Positions 7,742 through 15,847 of a DNA stretch of 64,000 nt are shown here, one piece after another. A program made the translations under genes and the position numbers. Positions within the stretch are counted from its first letter, which is position 1. The number at the start of each line of letters is the position of its first letter. The notes below the pieces were generated by a model. The model worked only from the letters and a program-made list of their open reading frames with translations. It searched no databases and was not told the origin of the DNA. Source of the DNA: a phage; sequence record PV805631.1. One strand, written 5' to 3'.

Positions 7742-8563
7742 ATGCCAACCTTAAAGATTGCGTTTAATAAAACAACCAACGTTGCTATCGTGCTTGATTC
7801 AGATGGTAGTGTTCCAGATGGTTTTGCGGAAGTAGGTACTTTTGTACATCCTGATGCCACTTACCCTGATAGCTTAGTTATCTATCACGGTGTACGTGAC
7901 CTGTTGTATAAACGTTCTGCTGAAGACCCTGCTGAAGAAGGTTTCTGGCCTAACAGCATCGTGGATATGCAGTCGATCACTATTACCCCACAACTGACTA
8001 TTGCTACCGAACTGCTTAATGAAGTCTCTGCCATCGAAGGTGAAGATATTAACTGGCATATTGATGTAGCAGGTGGTAAAGCACCTTTTACCTATAAGTG
8101 GCAATACAAAGCAGATACTGATGATGCAGTATTCACTGATATTGATTCTGATGACAACGAATCTGCTGCTACTGCAACATTGACCATTAGTGGTGTAACC
8201 GCTGCTTCTGCTGGTACTTATAAAGTGATTGTTACTGATGCTAATGGAACCACGGTGGAAGATACCTCACTGCTGACTGTAAGCTACCCCGAAGCAAGCT
8301 CACTGGTAGCTACCCCAGATTCACTGGAACTGTCTGTTGCTGACGATACTACTGATGGCAAGACTGTAACCATCACTGCTTTGCCTGTCGGAGCGTCTGT
8401 TGGTACTTTATCTATCAAGACTGCTCCGGATTCTGCCCGTGCTACAGCTACCATTTCTGGTAACGTACTAACAGTTAAACCAGTGGCAGAAGGTGAAGCT
8501 ACTTCTGTAGTAGTTACCAACGGTACTGTCGATGTAACCATCGCTATTACTGTTGCAGAGTAA
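7742..8563 (+). CDS. Ig-like domain protein, possible capsid decoration protein (N4 gp17-like position)
   Basis: Ig/Big_2-like repeats (e.g. TLTISGVTAASAGTYKVIVTD); sits right after RNAP2. Confidence 0.45.
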   Translation: MPTLKIAFNKTTNVAIVLDSDGSVPDGFAEVGTFVHPDATYPDSLVIYHGVRDLLYKRSAEDPAEEGFWPNSIVDMQSITITPQLTIATELLNEVSAIEGEDINWHIDVAGGKAPFTYKWQYKADTDDAVFTDIDSDDNESAATATLTISGVTAASAGTYKVIVTDANGTTVEDTSLLTVSYPEASSLVATPDSLELSVADDTTDGKTVTITALPVGASVGTLSIKTAPDSARATATISGNVLTVKPVAEGEATSVVVTNGTVDVTIAITVAE

Positions 8564-8613
8564 GGGTATCCCTTATTTGGGGTTATAAACCCTGAAAGGA
8601 ATCCCTCTAGTTT

Positions 8614-8642
8614 GACCTCCCTATTGAAGGGAGGTCTTTTTT
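8614..8642 (+). terminator. Intrinsic terminator (GACCTCCC ... GGGAGGTC + TTTTTT)
   Basis: Read directly. Confidence 0.7.
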
Positions 8643-8667
8643 GACTTAAACAAACCGGAGCCAGGAA

Positions 8668-8856
8668 ATGTATAAAGAGATTGCATTCTTCTCGTTCTTA
8701 TTAGGAGGGTTAATTGGTGCAGGAATTGTAGCTATTTCTAATACCTACTTTGGTTCTACTCCAAATTCTGTAACACAAACCCTCAAGCATGAATGTGAAT
8801 TGAATATCCCTCGTAACCAAAACTGTGTAATGCAGTTCGTACCGGAGAAGAAATGA
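8668..8856 (+). CDS. Small membrane protein (62 aa)
   Basis: ORF track; N-terminal hydrophobic helix. Confidence 0.35.
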   Translation: MYKEIAFFSFLLGGLIGAGIVAISNTYFGSTPNSVTQTLKHECELNIPRNQNCVMQFVPEKK

Positions 8857-9038
8857 AACTAACCCAGTCCCAAGCAATTTTCCTTCGCATGGTTCAAGGT
8901 GGTTCTGCCACCAGCAACCGTAATAACAAAACCGCACAGTCTCTTAAGAAGCTGGGCTTAGTACAGTTCAATGCTGGTCTTGGGTGGTCATTAACCCCTA
9001 CCGGTGTACTTCAACTCAACGAATTAAAAGGTAACTAA
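8853..9038 (+). CDS. Hypothetical small protein (61 aa)
   Basis: ORF track; stop/start overlap. Confidence 0.35.
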   Translation: MKLTQSQAIFLRMVQGGSATSNRNNKTAQSLKKLGLVQFNAGLGWSLTPTGVLQLNELKGN

Positions 9039-9365
9039 ATGAAAACTTTAATTGCTGTTGTTCTAGTAGCTCTATCAGTTCTGTCATTCGGTGCTCAAGC
9101 ATCTAGTCGTGCAACCTTGTTGGAATCTGCTGCTGATTACAAAGCTAATAATGCAAACTTTGTGAATCAAGGTTACTTCATGGGCATGGTTACTATGGGT
9201 GTGGAAGCAGGAAAGAATTGTGTACCTGACGGTATAAAATTAGGGCACATTTTTGACAGAGTGGCATCTATTATTCTGTATGACCGAAAGGTTAATGCAG
9301 TAAAAGTACCATCAGACATGGTTCTGTTAGCGATTAATACAGCCTATCCCTGCGTTAAATCTTAA
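9039..9365 (+). CDS. Secreted/periplasmic protein with N-terminal signal peptide (108 aa)
   Basis: MKTLIAVVLVALSVLSFGAQA-SS signal-peptide pattern; two Cys in the mature part. Confidence 0.5.
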   Translation: MKTLIAVVLVALSVLSFGAQASSRATLLESAADYKANNANFVNQGYFMGMVTMGVEAGKNCVPDGIKLGHIFDRVASIILYDRKVNAVKVPSDMVLLAINTAYPCVKS

Positions 9366-9399
9366 TTAGTAATTCCATTAACTTTAGGAGAGTAAGTAA

Positions 9400-10452
9400 A
9401 TGGCGAGCATTGACTCCTTGACTGTATGTAATACACGCCAAGCCCGTAACTTTATTATCCGTGCCTTGCAAGCAGGTAACGTACCGTTCCTGACTTCATC
9501 ACCAGGTATGGGTAAGTCTGCAATTATTCGTTCTATTGCAGAAGAATTTGGTATGAAGCTGATTGACCATCGTCTGTCTACTTCTGCCCCGGAAGACTTA
9601 TCTGGTCTACCATTCCGTAATGGTGACCGTGCAGAGTTTATTCCATTTGCTGACTTATTCCCTATCGAGGGTGACAAAGTACCGGATGGTTATAATGGCT
9701 GGCTCCTGTTCCTTGATGAGTTCAACTCAGCTAAGAAAGAAGTAGTGGCTGCTGCATACAAACTAATTCTCGACCGCATGACCGGACAGAAAAAACTTCA
9801 CCCTAATGTGATGATTATCTGTGCCGGTAACAAAGCTACTGACCGAGCCATAGTTAACCCACTGGGTACTGCAATGCAGTCTCGTGTTGTCCACTTCGAA
9901 ATGGAACTCGACTTCGACATCTTTGTTGAAGACGTAATGATTCCACAAGAATGGGATGAGCGTCTGGTTGCATTCTTACATGCTAACCCTGGTTATCTGC
10001 ATGACTTCGACCCCGCACATAAGAATAAAACATTCTGTTGCCCACGTACCTGGGACTTTGTTAACAAAGACCTCAAGAACCGACCAGAAGGTGCTTTGCC
10101 TGATGAAGATTCTATCTACTATGCAGGCCACGTTACTGCTGGTAAAGCTACAGAGTTTGTTCAGTTCACTCAGGTATACAATCGTATGATTACGATTGAG
10201 AAGGTAGTAAAAGACCCGTTAGGCTGTGCACTACCGGAAGATAATAACCTGTGTTGGGCTACTGTTAACCATCTGGCTAACAAAACTACTGAAGATAACT
10301 TCGCTGATGTTCTTCAGTACATTGAACGCTTTAAAACGTTCACCCATAAGATTCTGTACTTCCGTACAGTAGGAAAAGCATTACCAGAAATTCAGGCTAC
10401 CCCTGAATGGCGTAAGGCTGCTGCCAATATCTCTCGTTACATTCACGGATAA
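9400..10452 (+). CDS. AAA+ ATPase (MoxR-like)
   Basis: Walker A SPGMGKS and Walker B LLFLDEF. Confidence 0.75.
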   Translation: MASIDSLTVCNTRQARNFIIRALQAGNVPFLTSSPGMGKSAIIRSIAEEFGMKLIDHRLSTSAPEDLSGLPFRNGDRAEFIPFADLFPIEGDKVPDGYNGWLLFLDEFNSAKKEVVAAAYKLILDRMTGQKKLHPNVMIICAGNKATDRAIVNPLGTAMQSRVVHFEMELDFDIFVEDVMIPQEWDERLVAFLHANPGYLHDFDPAHKNKTFCCPRTWDFVNKDLKNRPEGALPDEDSIYYAGHVTAGKATEFVQFTQVYNRMITIEKVVKDPLGCALPEDNNLCWATVNHLANKTTEDNFADVLQYIERFKTFTHKILYFRTVGKALPEIQATPEWRKAAANISRYIHG

Positions 10453-10455
10453 ACT

Positions 10456-10932
10456 ATGAACTGGCATGAACTATTTGTTTATAGCAATGGTTCCCTTTAC
10501 TGGAAAGTAAGTAGGGGCTGCGTAAAAGCAGGTGCCATTGCTGGTTGTTTGGATAACAGCGGGTATTTGCGTGTTAAATGTAATAGAAAAAATCATTTAG
10601 TTCACCGCATAATTTATGAAATGGAAATTGGTCCAATTCCTGATGGTATGCAGGTAGACCATATTGACCACAATAGGCTAAATAATTACCCAAGTAATTT
10701 CCGTTTAGTAACAAACATGGTTAATAGTAAAAACCAAACCATGAGAGTAACAAATACATCAGGTGTGACAGGAGTATACTGGCACACTCGGGATAAAATT
10801 TGGACTGCCCATATAAATGACAATGGTAAACAAATTTACTTAGGAAAATTTAACAGTAAACAAGAAGCCATTTCAGCCAGAAAGGAAGCAGAAAAATTAT
10901 TGGGCTACCATATAAATCATGGGGAACCCTAA
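10456..10932 (+). CDS. HNH homing endonuclease with AP2-like domain
   Basis: QVDHIDHNRLNN...NFRLVT motif plus NTSGVTGVYW AP2-like segment; lies between the ATPase and vWA genes. Confidence 0.7.
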   Translation: MNWHELFVYSNGSLYWKVSRGCVKAGAIAGCLDNSGYLRVKCNRKNHLVHRIIYEMEIGPIPDGMQVDHIDHNRLNNYPSNFRLVTNMVNSKNQTMRVTNTSGVTGVYWHTRDKIWTAHINDNGKQIYLGKFNSKQEAISARKEAEKLLGYHINHGEP

Positions 10933-12107
10933 TGAATAGTATACCTACGCATACTCTCACTGATGAACGGTTAATGAGGGAGTACGATAGAATACAAGCG
11001 CAGGCATTTCTCGGACGTAGTGCAGCGTTTTTTGGTTCATTGCTGTGTAGTCTTAAGTTCTCATGGAAACGTGAGGGCTGTCCCACTGCATGTACCGACG
11101 GGATAGAACTCCATTTCAACCCAGACTTCTTTATCTGGATGTGTCCTGATGCAAGGGAAACAGTGCTAATGCACGAACTTTGGCATGTGGCATATCTGCA
11201 TGGAATCCGTTGTGGAAGCCGTGATCCAGAAGTCTGGAACCAGGCATGTGACCACTTCATTAACCTTCAGTTAGAGGAAGATGGTTACAAGTTCACTGGT
11301 ATCGACAAAGGCATTTGCAAAGACCCTCAATATAAAGGATGGGTCGAAGAAGACATCTACGATGACCTGATGAAGAACCCTCAGAAAAGGCAGAAGCCGT
11401 CGGGGGGAGCTGGAGCAGGTCTTGCTGGCGACATGAAAGCTCCCTCTTCGGGGCAGTCCCAGGGTGCTGTTGTCAACAACGTAGTACGTGCAATACAAAG
11501 CCAGAAGATGGCTGGTGGAACGATGCCCGGTAAAGGTGCTGGTCGTATGGAAGAGGTTATTACCCAATTCCTTAAACCAGTGGTTCCGTGGCAGGAAGTC
11601 CTGATGAACTTCTTTACCGACATTGATGATACGCATTATACGTGGGCCAGACCCAACCGTCGTTTCACTGACGTCTATCTACCTTCTCTGGAAGATGATG
11701 AAGGACGTTTACGACACTTAGCCTATTTTGAGGATGTATCCGGTTCTATTAGTAGTGCTGACTCTCTGCGTTTTAACTCAGAGGTTGCCTACGTTAAGAG
11801 CCAGTTCAATCCTAAGAAGATGACCCTAATTACCTTCGACGATATTATCCAAGAAGAAATAGACATCACTGAAGAAGATACTTTTGAAGAGATTAAGATT
11901 ACTGGACGAGGGGGTACAAACCTTGAACCAGTGCGTGAATGGATTATTAAGAATAAGCCAACCGCTGCAATCATATTCTCTGATATGTATGTTCGCCCTA
12001 TGGAAGATTTACCATTTGATATTCCTATCATCTGGTGTGTTCTGAATAATCCTAATGCTACCGTACCTTTTGGGGAGGTAGTTCATATCCCTAAAGGAAT
12101 GAAATAA
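10932..12107 (+). CDS. vWA-type protein with N-terminal metallopeptidase-like domain
   Basis: HELWH (HExxH) motif in the N-terminal half; partner position to the AAA+ ATPase. Confidence 0.5.
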   Translation: MNSIPTHTLTDERLMREYDRIQAQAFLGRSAAFFGSLLCSLKFSWKREGCPTACTDGIELHFNPDFFIWMCPDARETVLMHELWHVAYLHGIRCGSRDPEVWNQACDHFINLQLEEDGYKFTGIDKGICKDPQYKGWVEEDIYDDLMKNPQKRQKPSGGAGAGLAGDMKAPSSGQSQGAVVNNVVRAIQSQKMAGGTMPGKGAGRMEEVITQFLKPVVPWQEVLMNFFTDIDDTHYTWARPNRRFTDVYLPSLEDDEGRLRHLAYFEDVSGSISSADSLRFNSEVAYVKSQFNPKKMTLITFDDIIQEEIDITEEDTFEEIKITGRGGTNLEPVREWIIKNKPTAAIIFSDMYVRPMEDLPFDIPIIWCVLNNPNATVPFGEVVHIPKGMK

Positions 12108-12613
12108 TGATTGTTAATGGTAATTCTCTATACCGTTCATCTCAATTGCTGGATGTCCCAGACCGTAAGGTATCCGAGCATGGTGTAAGCTATGGATTAG
12201 GTGAAGCTGGTTATGATATTCGTATCAAACAAGACATTACCTTCTATCGCTTATTTGGGTTAATTCCAATGGTGAAAATCGTCGATGGAAAACAAGTATC
12301 ACGCCATCTCGGTAAATTCGCATTAGCTTCAGCAATTGAGAAGTTCAACATGTCACCCTCGTGTGTAGCTATCGTTCACGATAAGTCCACATGGGCAAGA
12401 CGTGCATTATCTGTGTTCAATACCGTAATAGAACCAGGATGGAAAGGGTATCTTACCCTTGAACTGGTCTATCACGGTCGTAAGAAACTGCATATCCCGG
12501 CTGGTGCTGGGATAGCTCAAGTATTATTTCATCTGGTTCAAGAGCCTGCTAATTACAACGGCAAGTATCAGAATCAGGAGGACAAACCAGTAGCTGCAAG
12601 AAGCAGTAAATAA
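12107..12613 (+). CDS. dCTP deaminase-like protein (dUTPase superfamily)
   Basis: IEPGWKGYLTLEL resembles the dCTP-deaminase/dUTPase signature. Confidence 0.55.
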   Translation: MIVNGNSLYRSSQLLDVPDRKVSEHGVSYGLGEAGYDIRIKQDITFYRLFGLIPMVKIVDGKQVSRHLGKFALASAIEKFNMSPSCVAIVHDKSTWARRALSVFNTVIEPGWKGYLTLELVYHGRKKLHIPAGAGIAQVLFHLVQEPANYNGKYQNQEDKPVAARSSK

Positions 12614-12622
12614 GGAAACAAC

Positions 12623-12823
12623 ATGTCTGTATTTCAAGTAACTCCTGTTGATAGTACCCAACGTAAAACTATTGTTGCAACTAATGTAGTAGATGTAGAT
12701 GAAACCCCAGCTGGTGCTGTAATCCATCTGATTGATGGGCGAACTGTAACTGTAAAAGAAAGCTATCGTTCAGTACGTGGTTACGTCCGTAAAGCTTTAG
12801 CTGCTGTCTCTGATGCAGAGTAA
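12623..12823 (+). CDS. Hypothetical protein (66 aa)
   Basis: ORF track; ATG start with purine-rich GGAAAC upstream. Confidence 0.4.
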   Translation: MSVFQVTPVDSTQRKTIVATNVVDVDETPAGAVIHLIDGRTVTVKESYRSVRGYVRKALAAVSDAE

Positions 12824-12896
12824 GTAGCTGCCTAAATAGCCCAACTATGCTGGGCTATTTGTGAAGAAACTAACTCAACCTCACATAGGAACCATC

Positions 12897-13157
12897 ATGG
12901 AATCTTTAGCAGCAATCCTCGTTCTGTTATTTGCACTTGCTATATACCTTATCCCTACTATTATTGCTTTTGCACGAGGCCATGCCTCTAAGTGGGGCAT
13001 TGGTATACTCAATATCGTATTAGGCTGGTCTTTAGTCTTCTGGGTAGTAGCACTGATTTGGTCACTGTCTAACAAAGGGCAGTCTCAGACTACAATCGTT
13101 AACGTTGGCAGTGGTAACCAGTACAACGTGTCTCAAACGAGCCAGTCTGATAAGTAA
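12897..13157 (+). CDS. Superinfection-immunity (Imm-like) membrane protein candidate
   Basis: Two TM helices and YLIPTIIAFARGH...GWSLVFWVVALIWSL, resembling the Imm_superinfect family from memory; ATG at 12897 has AGGAA upstream. Confidence 0.45.
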   Translation: MESLAAILVLLFALAIYLIPTIIAFARGHASKWGIGILNIVLGWSLVFWVVALIWSLSNKGQSQTTIVNVGSGNQYNVSQTSQSDK

Positions 13158-13231
13158 CTAACCTAAGCATCATTGTATAGTGGTGCTTGTGGAAGTTGCT
13201 TCCAGCTCATTACTTATCCATCTCCTAATCC

Positions 13232-13259
13232 AAGCCCACCTAACCCGTGGGCTTTTTTT
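13232..13259 (+). terminator. Intrinsic terminator (AAGCCCAC ... GTGGGCTT + TTTTT)
   Basis: Read directly. Confidence 0.7.
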
Positions 13260-13280
13260 AATTATAGGTAGTAAATACTA

Positions 13281-13724
13281 ATGCGTATCCCATTCCTAAG
13301 AAAAAGGGAACGGAATCCTGTTCTTTATAATAAAGGCATAGAGGATGAGTATGAACTCAACCGTAAGGCCCGTTCCTACGCAGCAAAATTATTCATGGGG
13401 ACTAGCAACCCTAATAGATTACTGGACTTTGTTTTCGAACAAGTCTTTATCATATACAGCTTAGCTATGTCTGCTGGTTCACAAGAAGTAAGTGATAAGG
13501 CAAGATATGCTCTCTGTATGCTCCGGAAAGAGTATGAAGCCCTCCTGTATGAAGACTTGTACTCCTTTAAGAAAGAAACCGCTGTAGCGTGTTCTGTGGC
13601 TCTTACTGAAGGTATAGCAGTATTACAAGAACTACCTCGTAGTGAGTTTAAGCTGGTATATGCCCAGGCCAGGAGAATTACAGAAAACCGAAGTGGTATT
13701 ACCAACTATCTAAGGTCATTCTAA
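13281..13724 (+). CDS. Hypothetical protein (147 aa)
   Basis: ORF track; TAATG overlap with the next gene. Confidence 0.5.
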   Translation: MRIPFLRKRERNPVLYNKGIEDEYELNRKARSYAAKLFMGTSNPNRLLDFVFEQVFIIYSLAMSAGSQEVSDKARYALCMLRKEYEALLYEDLYSFKKETAVACSVALTEGIAVLQELPRSEFKLVYAQARRITENRSGITNYLRSF

Positions 13725-14668
13725 TGATTAAGGCAACTGTCATTGCAGATTCCGTTCATCATGTAACGGGTACTCGTATTACTACCTTTGAATTGGTTTA
13801 TCCTCGATTCATTCACAGTGAGTTTATGACCCACCGTGTATTCAACCGAAATGCTTCAAGTAGTCGTGCTATCCCTACTTCTAAGTTCATAGAACAGGTT
13901 CGTAATGAACCAGTGATGCCAAGTCACTGGGGCAAGAACCAGAAAGGTATGCAGGCATTTGAAGAATTGTCTGAAGACCAACGTAGTGATGCAACCTTTA
14001 TCTGGGAACAGGCTGCATCCAGTGCTGCTACCTATGCAGAAATGCTTCGTCGTGGACAAGTACATAAGCAGATTGTTAACCGTATTCTGGAACCATTTAC
14101 GCATATCCGTGTAGTGGTAACTTCAACTAGCTGGGCTAATTTCTATGGCTTACGTGACCATGAAGATGCTCAACCAGAGATTCGTGAACTGGCTCAAGCA
14201 ATGCGTAAGGCTCATAATGAAAGTGTTCCATCTAAGCTGTCCCAAGGTGTGTGGCATCTGCCTTATATTCGCAAGATTGATTGTATTAACGCTTACGATC
14301 ATTGCAAACATCAACGAGTTACTTGTGATAAACCAAGTGATGAAGAAGTTTTAGGCTTACTGCTTAAAGTCTCTGCTGCTCGCTGTGCACGTGCCTCCTA
14401 TAACAACTTTGAAGGCAAGCCATCTACTATTAGTGATGACCTTGCCCTCTTTGCTAAGTTGGTAGAGAAACAACCAATTCATGCGTCACCTACTGAGCAT
14501 CAAGCTACCCCGATGGACTTCAGTACCAAGTTTGTTAACAACCAGAACCCATTAACCTGGGAACAAGGTGTTACCTCTATGGACCGTGAAGGTAAGCTGT
14601 ACTCAGGCAACTTACTGGATTTCATCCAATTCCGTAAACTAATACCCGGAGAAACAATTACAGAATGA
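13724..14668 (+). CDS. thyX: Flavin-dependent thymidylate synthase (ThyX)-like
   Basis: HR-x7-SSSR segment resembles the ThyX RHR...S signature; adjacent to dCTP deaminase-like gene. Confidence 0.5.
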   Translation: MIKATVIADSVHHVTGTRITTFELVYPRFIHSEFMTHRVFNRNASSSRAIPTSKFIEQVRNEPVMPSHWGKNQKGMQAFEELSEDQRSDATFIWEQAASSAATYAEMLRRGQVHKQIVNRILEPFTHIRVVVTSTSWANFYGLRDHEDAQPEIRELAQAMRKAHNESVPSKLSQGVWHLPYIRKIDCINAYDHCKHQRVTCDKPSDEEVLGLLLKVSAARCARASYNNFEGKPSTISDDLALFAKLVEKQPIHASPTEHQATPMDFSTKFVNNQNPLTWEQGVTSMDREGKLYSGNLLDFIQFRKLIPGETITE

Positions 14669-14901
14669 AACGTTTAGCTATCCAAGCTCTATTTATAAGT
14701 ATCATCCTGGTTCTGGAATTTGTATTTGCACTACATGGTGCACAGAGCCTGGAAGAGATGTTCTTCGTAGTAGCCCGTTTCTCTGCGTGTGTTCTTGGCT
14801 TGTGGTGTGTGTATTACTATGCACGAGATTACGCAGCCATTAAGGAACATGATGATGCTAAGGAACGTCTACGACAATTCGTAGAAGAGAATCGTAAGTA
14901 A
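14665..14901 (+). CDS. Small membrane protein (78 aa)
   Basis: ORF track; two hydrophobic helices. Confidence 0.45.
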   Translation: MKRLAIQALFISIILVLEFVFALHGAQSLEEMFFVVARFSACVLGLWCVYYYARDYAAIKEHDDAKERLRQFVEENRK

Positions 14902-14906
14902 ACCTA

Positions 14907-14932
14907 AGACCTCCTCCGGGAGGTCTTTTTTT
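14907..14932 (+). terminator. Intrinsic terminator (AGACCTCC-TCCG-GGAGGTCT + TTTTTTT)
   Basis: Read directly. Confidence 0.7.
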
Positions 14933-14960
14933 GGTTTCAATTACTGTCCCAGGAGGACTT

Positions 14961-15185
14961 ATGGCAAGTTGGTACGCAACTATGTTGGAGAAAGATTCCA
15001 ATGGACTATGCAGGGAATCCGTCGGTAGTTTTAAAAACATCTGTATAGATGGGCGTTTATGCATGATTAACGCAATAGATATTGCAGAAGAAACCCTGTC
15101 TAAAGAGTCAGGTTATGCAGGGTTTAAGCTGGAAAAACTTAATAGAGCCTGGGATTACAGAAATCCTTTTATTTATAAAAATTAA
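14961..15185 (+). CDS. Hypothetical protein (74 aa)
   Basis: ATG with AGGAGG upstream; ORF-track start at 14931 is a TTG inside the terminator. Confidence 0.4.
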   Translation: MASWYATMLEKDSNGLCRESVGSFKNICIDGRLCMINAIDIAEETLSKESGYAGFKLEKLNRAWDYRNPFIYKN

Positions 15186-15194
15186 GGAAACAGT

Positions 15195-15407
15195 ATGCCT
15201 GCTAAATACCGTATCAAAGACACTCCACTAATGTGTGAGGGTGAGAAGGGTGACATTGTATATGCCTGTATACAGGATGATTTCAATGCTGCTCTGATGT
15301 TAACCCAAATGACAAATACACTGCATGTATCAGTAACACTGGACCCTACCGGGGACTATCCATGCTTCCCTATCCCTGCTCATAACCTGGAGCAAATCCG
15401 TGATTAA
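15195..15407 (+). CDS. Hypothetical protein (70 aa)
   Basis: ORF track. Confidence 0.4.
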   Translation: MPAKYRIKDTPLMCEGEKGDIVYACIQDDFNAALMLTQMTNTLHVSVTLDPTGDYPCFPIPAHNLEQIRD

Positions 15408-15714
15408 TCCTGAAGTTATTCATAGTAAAACTGGTAAGGCTGTACCACTTAGTGATATTGCAGTTACTGGTGATATTGCTGCTTGCCCAGCTAATATCGC
15501 CTCCCTATGTATGTGCATTGCTGCACTAGCAGAAGAACGTAAATTATGGCTGGAACCAAGCAAAGAAATGGTACTGGCTGGCATGTCTGAACTGAATGCA
15601 CTTCTGAAAGAAATGTATGACGAGGATGGACAATTAGTTGAGCCAACTGATGATCAGATTTCGGATGCTGTAGTATTCGTCCTTCAAGCAATGGCAGGTA
15701 AACGCAATGATTGA
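15400..15714 (+). CDS. Hypothetical protein (104 aa)
   Basis: ORF track. Confidence 0.45.
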   Translation: MINPEVIHSKTGKAVPLSDIAVTGDIAACPANIASLCMCIAALAEERKLWLEPSKEMVLAGMSELNALLKEMYDEDGQLVEPTDDQISDAVVFVLQAMAGKRND

Positions 15715-15847
15715 AGTATTCATCTATTTCATGGCTCTACCCTACATACTTAATGAGTTATTGGGTACATACGGTACAGCCGTAGGCATTTCTGTAGTTG
15801 TATTCAGTCTTTTCCTATAAGCAACATTTAAACTGGAGAGTAAATAA

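Noticed and set aside
15709-15822. 37-aa hydrophobic ORF just before the rIIA-like gene
   Set aside because: Too short to call without conservation evidence.
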